Below are positions 36,723-63,534 of a DNA stretch of 64,000 bases, piece by piece; the stretch's first letter is position 1; the number at the start of each line of letters is the position of its first letter. The notes under the pieces are model-generated. The model searched no databases. It was not told the DNA's origin and was given only the letters and a program-made list of their open reading frames with translations. Origin of the DNA: the human T2T-CHM13v2.0 reference genome, Homo sapiens; NCBI RefSeq assembly GCF_009914755.1, contig NC_060942.1; one strand, written 5' to 3'. Position numbers and translations under genes: made by a program.

Positions 36723-36896
36723 CTTTGAGGATTTCCACCTGCTGGTAAAAGCTCTCTCACACAGATAATACATAGCCCCTGCTACCCCAAACATGGCTGC
36801 TTCAAAAGGATGAGAGCTGAGCAGAGAAGCTGTTTGTATGGTAGAAAAAAGTGGTCGAAAAGGCGTCCTTGGCCATACACTGGTTATCCTAGGAAC
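36723..36896 (-). CDS. SPIRE1: SPIRE1 alternative exon C (Spire1C, mitochondrial targeting): VPRITSVWPRTPFRPLFSTIQTASLLSSHPFEAAMFGVAGAMYYLCERAFTSRWKSSK
   Basis: Long pyrimidine tract plus ttgttcag acceptor; donor AAG|gttggc; 174 nt = 58 codons, phase 0/0, no stop; matches the known 58-aa Spire1C insert. Missing from the ORF track. Confidence 0.93.
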
Positions 36897-37398
36897 CTGA
36901 ACAACAGATAAGGGAAAAAGAAAATGGCAGGGGGAAAAGAAAAGGAGAAAATAATGCTGAACACAAGTGACCTACACATAGTGATTACAGATCACAAAAG
37001 GAAAACAAAACAAAAAACACCATGAGGCTGGTACAGTCCGTGCGAACATCTGCATCCACACGTATAAATCAGTGATGAAACCACGAAGTCCTTCCTGGAG
37101 AATCTCAGCGTTCACACAGCAAGGATTTTTCTAATTTAGGGTCCTGCAAACACTCTGAGTTTCCTCAGTGGGGCTTGTTGTGATGAAGGATAGAGGCAAC
37201 TCGTTACTGTGCCTGAGAAAGCATGGGGACATGTGCCAGGCAGCCACTTGCACCTGCCCCAGGAAGGTACTGCCAACACGAGGTGCCTTTAGACTGGATG
37301 GGCATTTGCCCTCGGTTATTTGACCAAATGATGAAAAAAAATGACATTTTAAACATCACAAGAAAAGGGAGGGAGATACAACAAAAATAAAAATTATC

Positions 37399-40219
<2,821 letters not shown>

Positions 40220-40349
40220 TAAGTAAGTTATTCAAAATTCATTCTAACTTTTGCAAGTTTTTTTCTCCTTATCATCTTCATAAGAAAGCTAATGATTCTA
40301 TGTCTTCTAGCTGGTCCCTAAGTTACTACAAAGTCTTTCCTGTACTTAC

Positions 40350-40492
40350 AAGAGAGCGGGAACTCTGCCTGGAAGGCGGCAGGAACTGCCTCACGTTAGT
40401 AGGCGTTTCCTTTTCAATGGAATGTCGTCTCTGGGGTGGCTGCCGTCTCTCTGGCTGGGGTGTTGATGATATGGGCAGGAATTTTGGAGGCT
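40350..40492 (-). CDS. SPIRE1: SPIRE1 exon: (K)[47 protein letters not shown]
   Basis: Acceptor aatctttag and donor CTT|gtaagt; 143 nt (2+47 codons). Confidence 0.96.
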
Positions 40493-41873
40493 CTAAAGAT
40501 TGAACCAAATGAAATAAAACTTACTGTGAATTTTCTAACACAAAACCTTTTGACATTTGTGACAAACACTGTAATTCAAAGATGAATTATTTATTTCATT
40601 GGAGAGATATTTTAAGATGGTAATGGTAATCCTTAGGAGTAGACTCTGAGGGCTGTTACAGAAGAATCTTTGCAAAGTAAACTTGCTACAGAAATAGCAA
40701 GAAAAAAGGAAAAATGTTAGGTGTAGCCAGAAAGATTCCCAAATCATACCAAAATTCTCAATGTACCCTCTTTTTACATTCTCCTTTTTAAAGATAAAAT
40801 AAGGAAAATCCTTCTTTCTACATGTTTACCAAGACATTTTGTCCTTAGGTTTAAATTAAACTGTATTTAAACTGCAAAAAGTAAGCTTCAGCTTTGATGT
40901 TAATATTGTACCATTGTCCTTCTCTGCCTAGTAATATTTTAAGACTGTTTAAAAGGAGACTGCTTTAGTGTCTGAACGGTTCTGGATTCCCATTTTGAAA
41001 ACAAAAGGAGAACATTAGAAATAAATTATGGTGCCAGAGTTTTATTTAGTGCTTCCTCCTACTCTATCTACAGAGTAGAGCTGCTTCAATGTAGTGGGTG
41101 TGGAAAGTGAGAGTCAACACAAAGTTACATATGATCCATCTATTTAGACTGTCCCACCATGAGAAACCACTAAAGGAAAACACAGATATAATTTCCACAG
41201 TCAAGAAAAGATACAGAAATCCATTATGTGATTCAATTGGGTCCCTATAATATCCAATTGTGGATAACTAGTCAGTACCTACTGTTTTTGATATAATCTG
41301 TGTAAATAATAAAACCACTACTTAAAGAATTTTTGTGTATGAGAAATCAAGCCAATATATAATTTTTAATACTTCATAATGTTCTTATAAATGAAAAGGA
41401 TTATTAAAAGCCTTTAGAAATCCCTTAACTTTAGATATCTGTGTTCAGAATCTATCTCCTAAAGAGTTATAAAGGTGTTTTCACTATCTACACAGGTTTT
41501 TGGAGATGGGTGTGTGTGGGTGGTAGGTGGAATGATAATAAATATGGTTGTGTTGGGCTTCTGGTTTAAATTTAGCCAAGGAGGTAATCTATCTAAAACA
41601 AAACAAAACAGAACGCTACACACACAACTGATTTATAATATTTCCCATGACTATTGTTCGTAAACACACATGTGCCTGCTCTGTCATAAGACCCCGAGGC
41701 CTGGTATGATGCCACTCTTGGAAAATAAGTATTTCATCTCCCGATCAGTGAAATGCCTGAGTTAGTTCTTTCTACCCTAGATGATCACAGGGCGCTCTGG
41801 GATCTCTGCTCTAGGTCAAGTGTGTTTTGTAGTAAGACATCCGACTACAGCTCTTAGCACCACAACTACTCAC

Positions 41874-41964
41874 TCTTCCTTGTGGACACGGCCTCCAGGA
41901 CTGGCTCTTCAGGGAAAGAGGGAGACACGCTGCTGCTGCTGGTCGACTTGTGCAGCGTTTCTTC
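41874..41964 (-). CDS. SPIRE1: SPIRE1 exon: [30 protein letters not shown](K)
   Basis: Acceptor ctttgctcag and donor AGA|gtgagt; 91 nt; phases match. Confidence 0.95.
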
Positions 41965-42872
41965 CTGAGCAAAGTACAGGTGGAGAAATCGACTTCTTAG
42001 ACATTTGTGCTCTAGTGCTACGTAATAACATTTTATTATTAAACAGTTATTTTAACATGAGGCACCAAAGTATGTCAAAGGTTCAAGGCAAGCAAAAGAC
42101 AAACTAGAAGGGGTTTCAAACAAGACAGGTCTGGGTTTGTGCCTTGGCTCTGCCCTGATGAGAGTGATGTGAAACTGAGCATGCTTCTTTCTGTTTTTTG
42201 GAGACAGGGTCTCACTCTGTTGCTCTGGTAGCAGTGCAGTGGTGTGATCTGGGCCCACTGCAGCGTCTACCTTCTGGGCCCAAGTGATCCTCCCACCTCA
42301 GACTCCAGTAGCCAGGATCACAGGTGTGCACTTCCACACCCAGCTAATTTTTAAATTTTTTGTAGAGACAGGGTCTTCCTATGTTGCCTAGCTGGCCTTG
42401 AGCTCAAGCGATCCTCCCAAAGTGCTGGGGTAACAGGTGTGAGCCGCTGCACCTGGCCTGAGCATGTTTCTTATCTTAGTTTCATCAATGTGAAAGAGGG
42501 TATTTAATATCACTTTTTCCATAGGGTTATTGGAAAGATGAAATGAGGTAATGCATTCAAAATGCTTAACACATTACCTGGCACACAATAAAACAGTGGT
42601 TAATATTATTAGGGAAATATTTAATACATTTATACAAGTAATACATTGTCAGCCTCATGGGAGCAGATGCTGGGTCTGTCTTGCTCACTGATGTATGTCC
42701 AGTACCAAACCCATCACTTAGTAAGTAATGAGTGTTTGTTGAATGAATGGATGAAAAAATAAACATTTCATGAAATGTCATATGAGTCTAGAAAAATGTC
42801 TACATTGTGGGCCAGGTACGGTGGCTCGCACCTATAATCCCAGCACTTTGGGAGGCCGAGACGGGCAGATCA

Positions 42873-43142
<270 letters not shown>

Positions 43143-43250
43143 TTAAAATTCTTATTACCAGTGAGAAGAGATCCTAACTTGTTTTAGACTAAACAAAAAT
43201 AAAGTATAATATTTATTCCTGAAATATTTACTAAATACTATGCGAGATAA

Positions 43251-43426
<176 letters not shown>

Positions 43427-43699
43427 TGAGTGCCACCACGCCTGGCTAATTTTTGTATTTTTTTGTGTGTAGAGATGGCGTTTCACCATGTTGGTCAGGC
43501 TGGTTTTGAACTCCTGAGCTCATGATCTGCCCGCCTCAGCCTCCCAAAGTGCTGGGATTACAGGCATGAGACACCACGTCCAGCCTATAGGCATTTTTAG
43601 ATACAAAAGGAAGAAAATTAGGCAAATATATTCACTCATGACTATGTGAGATAGTGAAAATTTTTTGATGTTCTTAGCTAAAATGACTTAAATTTTTTT

Positions 43700-43840
43700 A
43701 ATTTAAAAAATTTTTGTTTTATTTTTACTTTAAGTTCTGGGATACATGTGCAGGATGTGTGGGTTTGTTACATAGGTAAATGTGTGCCATGGTGGTTTGC
43801 TGTACCCATCAACCCATCACATAGGTATTAAGCCCAGCAT
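43700..43840 (-). mobile_element. Short 5'-truncated primate L1PA 3' end
   Basis: tttaagttctgggatacatgtgcaggatgtg...tgtgccatggtggtttgctgtacccatcaaccc. Confidence 0.85.
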
Positions 43841-44084
43841 AAAGTAACTTTTAAGAATTCGCTGTTCACCAAAAACTGGCCTCACCTAAAACCTACTGCT
43901 GAAATCATTAGTTTCAAGTAAGCTACAATACAAAGTGTCTGGTCAAAGAACAGGGGGGAAAAAAAGGCCACGTAAACGACATAGTTCAAACAAAAAAGGG
44001 CTAGGCTGGGCAAGGTGGCTCACGCCTGTAATCCCAGCACTTTGGGAGGCCAAGGCAGGCAGATAACTTGAGGTCAGGAGCTCA

Positions 44085-44315
<231 letters not shown>

Positions 44316-44848
44316 TTAAATAGTGACCTCCACACTTTTGGGACTTATCATGAACACCAAATCAAGCACTGTAAGCAAAGCCTCTATCCCAGATACGATG
44401 TAGGTCAGTCATAGTAATCTCCAAAAAACCTAGCATGCAATTAGAACAATCTTTTTCTGTTTACAGAAGGTCAGACAAGAAATAAAAGCAGAGAGTGTCT
44501 CTTAGAAAAGGAACAAAGGAGTCATATACAGTACTTCCCAGATAATTATCTGCTGAGGAGTCATACACAATACTTCCCAAATAATTATCTGCTACCCTGA
44601 TTAAAACAGCAGAAACCATCCCTGTGCCTCACACGTGTACTTCAGCTCACCTTCGCTAGAAATATTTTTAAAGTCGGCTGGGCACAGTGGTTCACGCCTG
44701 TAATCCCAGCACTTTGGGAGGCTGAGGTGGGCGGATCACGAGGTCTGGAGCTGGAGACCAGCCTGACCAACATGGAGAAACTCTGTCTCTACTAAAAATA
44801 CAAAATAAGCTGGGTGTGGTGGCATGTGCCAGTAATCCCAGCTACTCA

Positions 44849-44953
<105 letters not shown>

Positions 44954-45955
44954 TCAAAAGGAAAAAAAAAAAGAAATATTTTTAAAGTCTAATTTTACAC
45001 GTTGTTACCTTTGTTAGTGTTAAGGGAGAATTAGATCACGTTTCTTTACTCCAGGGTGGAAACCAGTTAGAGTTAAATTCTGTATAATGAAAATATCATA
45101 CTTAATTCTGTAAGAAAACTATCTCTGAGAAAAAGTGGCTCTATAAATAAGCAAATAGGTCAGAATGAAGTCTTTTATAAGCAAATTAAAAAGATCAATG
45201 ATTTTATGACCACAGATGTTAAAATTCTAAAGAAAACTGAAAACATGAGGAAGCACAATCATCTGTATCTGAAGAGGTGGAGCCGGAGCACACTACTGCA
45301 GCCCAGCACTGGCCACACTTCCACTCAGCTCAAAGAATGGCAACATCTAGCTGTACATGCGATGTGGTCCTCTCATGTTTCCTTTATATTTCATGTCCCT
45401 TTTAGGTACATGTTGAGCTCCAAAACATGGAGAGCAGTGGAGGGAAGCTTTGCTGGAAGGGGCTCTTTTCTCTCATTCAGACTTTATTCTCAGTGACGTC
45501 CTATGAAACCTCCAAATTGGATTTTTCCACCACTGCATCTGATCTTTAAAATGACTACTCAATGTCTGATGGTCCTGAAAATCCTTTGAAGAAGCAAAGC
45601 AACTTAATCGAGAGGCTTCACTATGCCCAAATGAGCCAGTTCCACTCTAATCAGTCAGAAGAACCTGGGTGCATAACTCAGCATTTCTCAGAATCTTTTT
45701 TATCTAGAAAATGTGGTTGGGTGGAATACTCTTTATAGTCCTCTCTAGTTCAAAAATGTAAATCAAAACTAAGTGTCTTTCCTGCCAGGCATGGTAGCTC
45801 GCCCCTGCATTCCCAGCACTTTGGTAGGCTGAGGCCAGAGGATCGCTTAAGCCAGGGAGTTTGAGACTAGCCTAAGGAACATGGTGAGAGTTTGTCTCTA
45901 CAAAAAATAATAAGAAAATAATAGCCAGGTGTGGTGGTGCACACCTATGGTCCTA

Positions 45956-46081
<126 letters not shown>

Positions 46082-46155
46082 CTAAGAAAGTCTTTCCTGA
46101 ATCTCCGTTTTAAAGTAACACTAAAAATTTGCAGATATGGTTCTAGGGGAATTAA

Positions 46156-46428
<273 letters not shown>

Positions 46429-46559
46429 TGACCTCAAGTGATCCTCCCGCCTTGGCCTCCCAAAGTGCTGGGTTTACAGATGTAAGCCACTACGCCCAGC
46501 CACATTCTGATTTTTTAAAATCCTAATAATGCTGAATGCTTTTATTTCATGCTTACTCT

Positions 46560-46780
46560 TTATATATATAAATTATATATATTATATATAGTATATATTA
46601 TTTATATATTTATTTATATTTATATAAATGTAATTATTTATATTTATATAAATATATTATTTACATATAATTTATATATTATATATAACATATATAATTT
46701 GTATAATTTATATAAATATATTTATATAAATATAATTATATATTATATATAATATAATTATATATATACACATATACACT
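46560..46780. repeat. AT-rich (TA)n low-complexity tract
   Basis: Direct reading. Confidence 0.95.
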
Positions 46781-46966
46781 TTACGAGGTCTCATGAGACT
46801 CTTATAGATGCAACTGAGGCAAAAGTAAGCACATTTGGAGTACTAGATTTTGGCACTCAGAGGGTGCATTCTCTATTTAAAAAGCATATACTCAAGATTT
46901 AAAAATAACATAAGAAAACCACATAACATATTAATTTTTATGTTCATTAATTAACTAGTTAATTAG

Positions 46967-47134
<168 letters not shown>

Positions 47135-48749
47135 TAGAGACGGGGTCTCACTATGTTGCCCAGGCTGGTCTCGAACTCCTTAGCCTCAAGTGATCCTCCC
47201 ACCTTGGCCTCCAAAAGTACTAGGATTACAGGCATAATCTTATACTGGCCACCATGTGTGGCCAGTATATTAATTTTTTAAAAATGCTTTTCCAAGAAGG
47301 AAATAACTAAGGTTTGACATTAGCATCTGATGTACCTTGATTACCCAATGCACATACAATATACTGAAATGTTACAGATATAAAGAATTGTTTTAAATTT
47401 TACGTTGCTCCCCCAGAAGTGTTAATGGCCCACTGTCCCTGAATACCCACAACAGGCAGCTGCACACAATTTTCTGATTGCTTAAAATGAATCTTCTCCA
47501 GGATTAGTTCTTGCCCCAGAGGAATCACACTAACCTCTGCTAGCATATCTTGGGTAACTTAGACACTCAGAAGGAGAGCCAGGGAACTGTTAACAGTCAG
47601 GTCTCCTAAGAGAAGGGTGTGTGAGTACACACGTGTGTGCATATGTGTGGGTACATGCATGTGCATGTACAGACTCCTGTTTGCTGCATACCCTCTCGTG
47701 TCTATTCCAACTGCCTAATCACTTTTTGCTTATCTGGGGAATTCTGATGGGTCTCTGACATTTCTAGAACATCAGTCTCTTCTACTGCCTGGCCTGCTTC
47801 CCGAAATCTGCTTGTGTTTTTTGTCTGATCTCAGAGGCTGGCTGATCCTCACTGAGTTAGGGCTTCTCTAGCTCAGAACCATGGCTGCAGGAAAGCCTCT
47901 CGCACTGCTGCTTTGCTCCAGGGCTCACTGGTGCCGAATACTGCCAGAGTATAGTTTCAGGGGCCAGTCTGGGCACGTAACTCACTTAACAGGAATGGAA
48001 ATCTTCCTCCTCCTGAAAAGAGGATCAAGCAGGGCTCAGACACAGCTCCTTTGCTTAGCTTTCCTACTGGAAGCTTTGATATGGCTACAATCAAAACTCA
48101 TCTTTCAGTAAAAAAAAAAAAAAAAAAAAGTTACCAAGATAGGCTAGCAAAGGTTATTAAAGATAACAAGAGACACTGAAGTTAGGTTTCCAGGAACTGA
48201 AGAAAAGAGTAATGGAAAGAAGGTCTGGGTGTGGGGGTCTAATTTTATAGGGGATCTGTGACTAAAACACTGTATGGCTTTTCTAACTCAGTTTCTACCT
48301 GGCTAGGGGCTCAGTTTTCTCACTGAAAAGTAATGATGCTGGACAAAATTTCTAAGGCCCCTTCCAGTTAAAAAAATACTGGTTTCTTTCTTTTTTTTTT
48401 TTTTTTGGACACTAGAGTCTTGCTCTTCAAGAGATTCTCATGTCTCAGCCTCCCAAATAGCTGGGATTACAACCATGCACCACCATGCCTAGCTAATTTT
48501 TGTATTTTTAGTACAGATGGGGTTTCACTATGTTGGCCAGGCTGGTCTTGAACTTCTGGCCTTAAGTGATCCGTCCGCCTCGGCCTCCCAGTGCTGGGAT
48601 TACAGGCGTGAGCCACCATGCCCAGCCTTTGTTCTTTTCTTTAATTCAGGCATTCTCATGTACCGTGAGAATACTAGCAAGTTCATGAGATACATGGACT
48701 TCAGAGTTAGACAGACTTGGGTTTCAAATCTAACTTTATCATTTACTAA

Positions 48750-49118
<369 letters not shown>

Positions 49119-49323
49119 TAGCTGCTATCTATGGTCTTTGTGAAGACAAACTGATTTATATCTAAAGTCTAACAGAGGCTGGGCATGGTGGCTCATGCCT
49201 GTAATCCTAGCACTTTGCGAGGCCGAGGCAAGAGGAATGCTTGAGACTGGGAGTTCAAGACCCCTGTCTCTATAAAAAAATAAAAACAAACAACTAAAAA
49301 CCCCAGCAACAATGAAAGTCTAA

Positions 49324-49768
<445 letters not shown>

Positions 49769-49771
49769 TGA

Positions 49772-50155
<384 letters not shown>

Positions 50156-50329
50156 TGATCTCGAGCTATCTGACTGGCCTGGCCTCCCAGAGTGCTGGGA
50201 TTATAGCTGTGAGCCACCCACCTGGCTCATTATAGCTTTCTTTAAGGCACTTAGCAGTATGTATCAAAAGCTACACAAATGTGCATTCTTTCACCCAGAA
50301 AATTCAGTTCTGGCAAAAAAAAAAAATTG

Positions 50330-50620
50330 AGAAAGAAACAAAAGCAAAAATATAACAATGTTCACATAGTGTTGCTCTTAATAATGGTAGAAAACTGGAA
50401 AATGAAAGCAAAAACATAATGTTCACAATAGTGTTGCTCTTTATAATGGTAGAAAACTGGAAACAGCCTAAATCTTAAAAAATAGAGGACTGAGTAAATA
50501 AAATACAGTAGGTTATTACTGTGGAATACCACACAGCTATCAGGCATCATGTTGGAAAAGGACATTTAATCAAATGGAAATTGCTCATATTTTGTTAATT
50601 AAAAAGCAAGTCAGTGTCTT
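50330..50620 (+). mobile_element. Old L1M 3' fragment with a ~63-bp tandem duplication
   Basis: atgttcacatagtgttg...aaactggaaacagcctaaat...gtggaatacc L1M motifs. Confidence 0.6.
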
Positions 50621-51546
50621 TGTTCTTAAAAGAATTAAGGAGTTTTTTCTTTTTATATAAAACAGTTGAGTTTGTAATTGATAATGTAAATAATTAACAT
50701 CATTCTAATTTCATGAGTATTTGATCTACAATAATATATTAACTGATTACAAAGAAATTCAGAACTAAATAAGGGTTATTTAAGCAGTAAACTGTTCTGT
50801 GTGATAATTTGGACCCACATTTAAGTTAACCCCCAAACACAGCAATGTGTGGTAAGAAGTTTCTGGTGGATGTCATCAAATGAAAACTCTGCAGGGGAGC
50901 ACAGCTGATATTGTGGAATGGTGGAAGGTATCTCTTAAAAGAATATAGAGTTTCTATGGAAAAGGAGATTAAATAAGATCACGTATATATACAGAGTTTA
51001 CCATACAGTAGGTATTATGGTGGCTAGAAAGCATTTATTAAAATGTAAAACAAACAAACCAAAAAAACCCCACAAAAACCAAAAACATTGCTAGAATGAG
51101 TCCTGATAAGTTAACAGGTGAAATTTACATACACGTGACAGCATTTCCTGTATCAAGAGTGAATAAAGTGTTCAGTTTACAGTTGGAAGTGTCACTGCTT
51201 CCTCTTCAAGGGGAAATTCTGGTGTCTCCTTCAATTGTTCTGTGGGCTTCATTACAGAGAGTGGACAAAGAGGCTCATGCAAGGGGCAGCAGAGGCAGGT
51301 GGACTCCACTGGTGAGTTCAGTGCCAGCTGAGTACTGACTCAGCAGTGGGCCACTCCCTCTTGGAATGGAAAAGAAATTTCACATTGCTCTATGAGGCCT
51401 TCAGGAGGCCCTGAAGGATGGGAAGGGTGGGTGGTGGTGGGTGGGGAAGGCTCTAGTCCCCATCTCCATTTCCAGCTGATTGACACTGTACTTCTGTGTA
51501 AGTCTGGTGTCAAGAAAAAGTTTTGGCACTTAAAAACATGTTTGGG

Positions 51547-53612
<2,066 letters not shown>

Positions 53613-54329
53613 TATATATACACACATATATATACACATATATATAAAAGAATTTCAAATATATATAAAAGAATTTCAAAACTTCTAAATATATATATTA
53701 AAAAGGAATTATGTATATATTTAAAAAGGAACATAAGGCATTCCCACATTTAATACCTTTGCTCTTCCCTTATACTTAAAAACATCAATTTTAGATTGAA
53801 GAGGAAGAGAGGAATACGCTTATTTCCATACCCTTGTCTAAGATCATTCACTCTGTTCCATAAATCTTTGAGATTTCTACCACCACTGACTTAAGAACTA
53901 TGATTCATCCGGGTTTAAACCAGTAGCTAGTGACAAAAGTCAGAGGTAGCTGGAATCCAGATCTCACATTTCTCTTTTCGGCAATTTATTGCTTGCTTCA
54001 TGTTCTAACTGATGAAAATGGCCTCTCTTTGATTAAGAAGAGTGTGCCTAGCAAATCATCTCAAGATTTGGATTTGGGGCATTACCACTTTATCTTCAAA
54101 AAGAGGACCACAAAGAAGGTTACAGAGGCTGCAAATTTATCTGATCATGCCTTGCTGTGTAGTGTTGCCTCATGAGGTGATGAAAGAGGACTAGAAAAGG
54201 AGTTAAAAGTAGGCCTGTGGGGGTGCAGGAAGGTAGTTCCTGGCAGCTGCAGATTGGTGCCACCCAACCAAACTCTGTGAAGGGACTGTGATCTGTGTAG
54301 CCGTGGTCACAGAGGTTCCTGGGCCCTTG

Positions 54330-55000
54330 AGTGCCATGACTGAGAAACTGAGTTCTTCATTTATTTAATTTTAATATAACTTAAATTTAAATAGCCACAT
54401 GTGGGAGTGGCTACCGAATTGGAGCTCTGTCTAGATATCTGAGCTAGATGCTTTTAAAATGTAAATCACTGTTCTTATAGGTTAGTATGAATTTATCTAA
54501 ATATTTGAGTGTCTACTGAGTGTTAGAAACTGGTGATATAAAGTAAATTCAGCATGGTTCCTCCTCTCAGGGAACATGTACTCTGGTGGGACAGAGAAAT
54601 AAGTGAATAATTACATGACAGGGTGTTAAAGTGTTCCAGTGAAACAGAGGGATGAGTGGGTTATGATAGAATCACAGAGAAGGGGTCCTGGCAGGCTAGT
54701 GGTATCCAGGAGACTTCCTAAGACAAAGCGAGGCCACGCTGACTCTGACAAGGACGTGAGGGGCAGACCGCAGACACAGCTAAGCACCAAGCTGAGCACC
54801 GATGGGCTGTGCAGGAAGAGTGAACGGCTGTGCGTGGCTGAGGCATAAACCAGAGACAGGGAAGGTGTGACATTAGACCAGAGGTGTCTGCAGGCGTGTG
54901 ATCAGGGGATGCAAATTTTATTCTGTAAGTGCCAGGGAGCCTTCCGAAGGTTTTAAGCAGGAGTTACAAAGAGCGGTGAGTGCAAGACGGAATTTGGGGA
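54330..55000. mobile_element. MER3-like fragment (54330-54430) followed by L2 remnants
   Basis: tgactgagaaactgag...aaatagccacatgtgg...ggctacc; L2-like aaatatttgagtgtctac...ggttttaagcagg. Confidence 0.6.
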
Positions 55001-55231
55001 GCCAAGAAGAAAGTCAGATAGACTGAAGAGACGGTGAGAAAGAGAGACCAACTGACGTTAGTAATATGAATATTTCTTATTGTTATTAGTGTTTGAAAAA
55101 CCTTTAGTAGCAAAATTATTATTGGTATTGCTTGGAATGGAGTGGAGACCGATGAGAGGAGAATTAAAGAATAATTCCTCAGATTCTACCTTGGATGGAG
55201 CCAGCAACTAGGATAGCAAGCAGAAGATGAG

Positions 55232-55660
55232 AAGCTAGGGGGTATGTGTGCATGCACGCAGGTGTGTGTATGTGCATGTGTGTAGCTAGGGTGTGAAGCT
55301 GGGGTGTGTATGTGTGTGTAGCTAGGGTGTGTGTGTGCACGCATGCATGTGTAGCTAGGGGAGGTGTGTATGAAGCTAGAGTGTGTGTGTGCGCATGTGC
55401 GCGTGTAGCTAGGGTGTGTGTGTGAAGCGAGGGTGTGTATGTGTGTGTGTAGCTAGGGTGTGTGTGTGCACGCACACATGTGTAGCTAGGGGAGGTGTGT
55501 ATGAAGCTAGAGTGTGTGTGTGTGCATGTGTGTGTGTAGCTAGGGTGTGTGTGTGAAGCTAGGGTGTGTGTGTGAAGCTAGGGTGTGTATGTATGTGTGT
55601 GTGTAGCTAGGGTGTGTGTGTGCGCGCGCATGCGTATGTAGCTAGGGTAGGTGTGTGTGT
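55232..55660. repeat. Minisatellite of (GT)n-AGCTAGGG units
   Basis: Repeated (gt)n-agctaggg units of about 18-28 bp with a higher-order repeat. Confidence 0.93.
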
Positions 55661-56118
55661 TTGATTTGGCAAGTGGGTGAGGGAGAAGGGAGGGAAGAAG
55701 AGAATTTCATTTTACCTAAGTTGATTTTGAGGAAGGGCAGTGGAGACCCAGCAGGCAATGACGTATACAATACTGACATCGCAGATGGGGGCTTGAGATG
55801 GATGTGGGAAGCATTAGCATATAGGTGGATGTTGACATCAGGAAGGATATGAGATCTTCCCTCTCCACAAGGGGCAGTAGGTGGATGATGAAATCTGGAG
55901 AATACTATTAGAATTTTCTTTTTTGGAGTTTTGTCTGTTGGTATTACTATTACAAAAAGAACAATCCTAAGTATGAGTGTGTGTATATGTGTGTGTGTAT
56001 TTTAGAAGAATCTATGCAAAATGTTTTTCTTAACTTTATTTTTTTGTTCCCCAAACGAGAAGATATTAAGGTAATATAAGCTGGAAAACTTGCTGACTTG
56101 TTTTAACCCCACATATAA

Positions 56119-62447
<6,329 letters not shown>

Positions 62448-62962
62448 TGACTAGGCTCTATCCACTGAGCACAAAGATACAAAAGAGTTCTTGCCCATCA
62501 ACTGAGGTGCTGTCATCTGAAGTAGATAACCATTTTAAGTTTAGTTACTTAAATAACTGAATGCTTTAGAGAACAGGAAGTAGATGTGTCAGAATTTTGT
62601 TTCTATGAAGTTTTTTTCTATTCTCTTAGGGCAAAGGTCTGCTGTAGGCTTTAACCTCATTGCTCTAGAAGAGCCTGGACAGTGACAGCCGCCATTAAGA
62701 TGGGCACCATCTTCTAGAACCATGAGTGTGGTGTGATGGTTCTTCCAAAATTGCTTAGGAGAAAACAGATTTACTGTAGTCTTGTATCTTTTTTACATAT
62801 ATTGTTTTCAAACAAGCAGAATGTTTTATTTTACTGACCACGGCTTAGCAGAAGCCTTTCAATTTTCTTTTTTAACATGTTTGAACAAGCAGATGAATGA
62901 AATGTATTTCACAGAAACCACAAAACCCACGTCAGGTGTAAAAGTGTTTTTGTTTTTTTTAC

Positions 62963-63004
62963 CTGACAAGTCAAAACTGTAAGACATGCTAAGTGGCCGC
63001 ATTG
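62963..63004 (-). CDS. SPIRE1: SPIRE1 42-nt frame-preserving exon: (A)MRPLSMSYSFDLS(D)
   Basis: Acceptor ttttcttttttttcag and donor CAG|gtaaaa; phase 1/1; joins G+AT=Asp with the next exon. Confidence 0.9.
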
Positions 63005-63534
63005 CTGAAAAAAAGAAAACAAACAATAAAAAGAAAATAATTCAGCTGTTAGGAATATACAGAGAGGACAAAAAAGGGAACGGATTAATGAAGACCCTTA
63101 GTGGCTACATGTCAGACTCTAAGGCAGGCAGAAGCTAGTGAATGAAAATCTGAAATACATTAAAACCATGCAAGAGTCTTAGTTTCAGTTATATCACTAA
63201 GACTTCAAATGGAGGAACAATAAAAGGAAAAAGTAACTTTTTAGAAAACAAGTTAAAAATGAAAGCATGATAAAAATACAAACATTTTAAAGAATCACAG
63301 AATAAGATGTTTGACTTAAATATAGATTTTTAAAAAAGCCATGTTTTAAAACATGATTTTAGGGAACATACAACATCTTTAAAATTTCAGAGTAAATTTA
63401 TCCTTCAATAATTTATGTCAGGATGAAAATTTGGCTCTCAGAATAAAGGTGAAACAGTTCATAAAAAATTCTCAGTTCAGCTAGTTCAGCAGCATCACCA
63501 TTATGTGTTAATAAACTATCTATTGTAGGCCATA

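Noticed and set aside
55232-55660. Repeat-spacer appearance resembling a CRISPR array
   Set aside because: The spacers are simple GT runs, not unique sequences; mammalian context with no cas genes.
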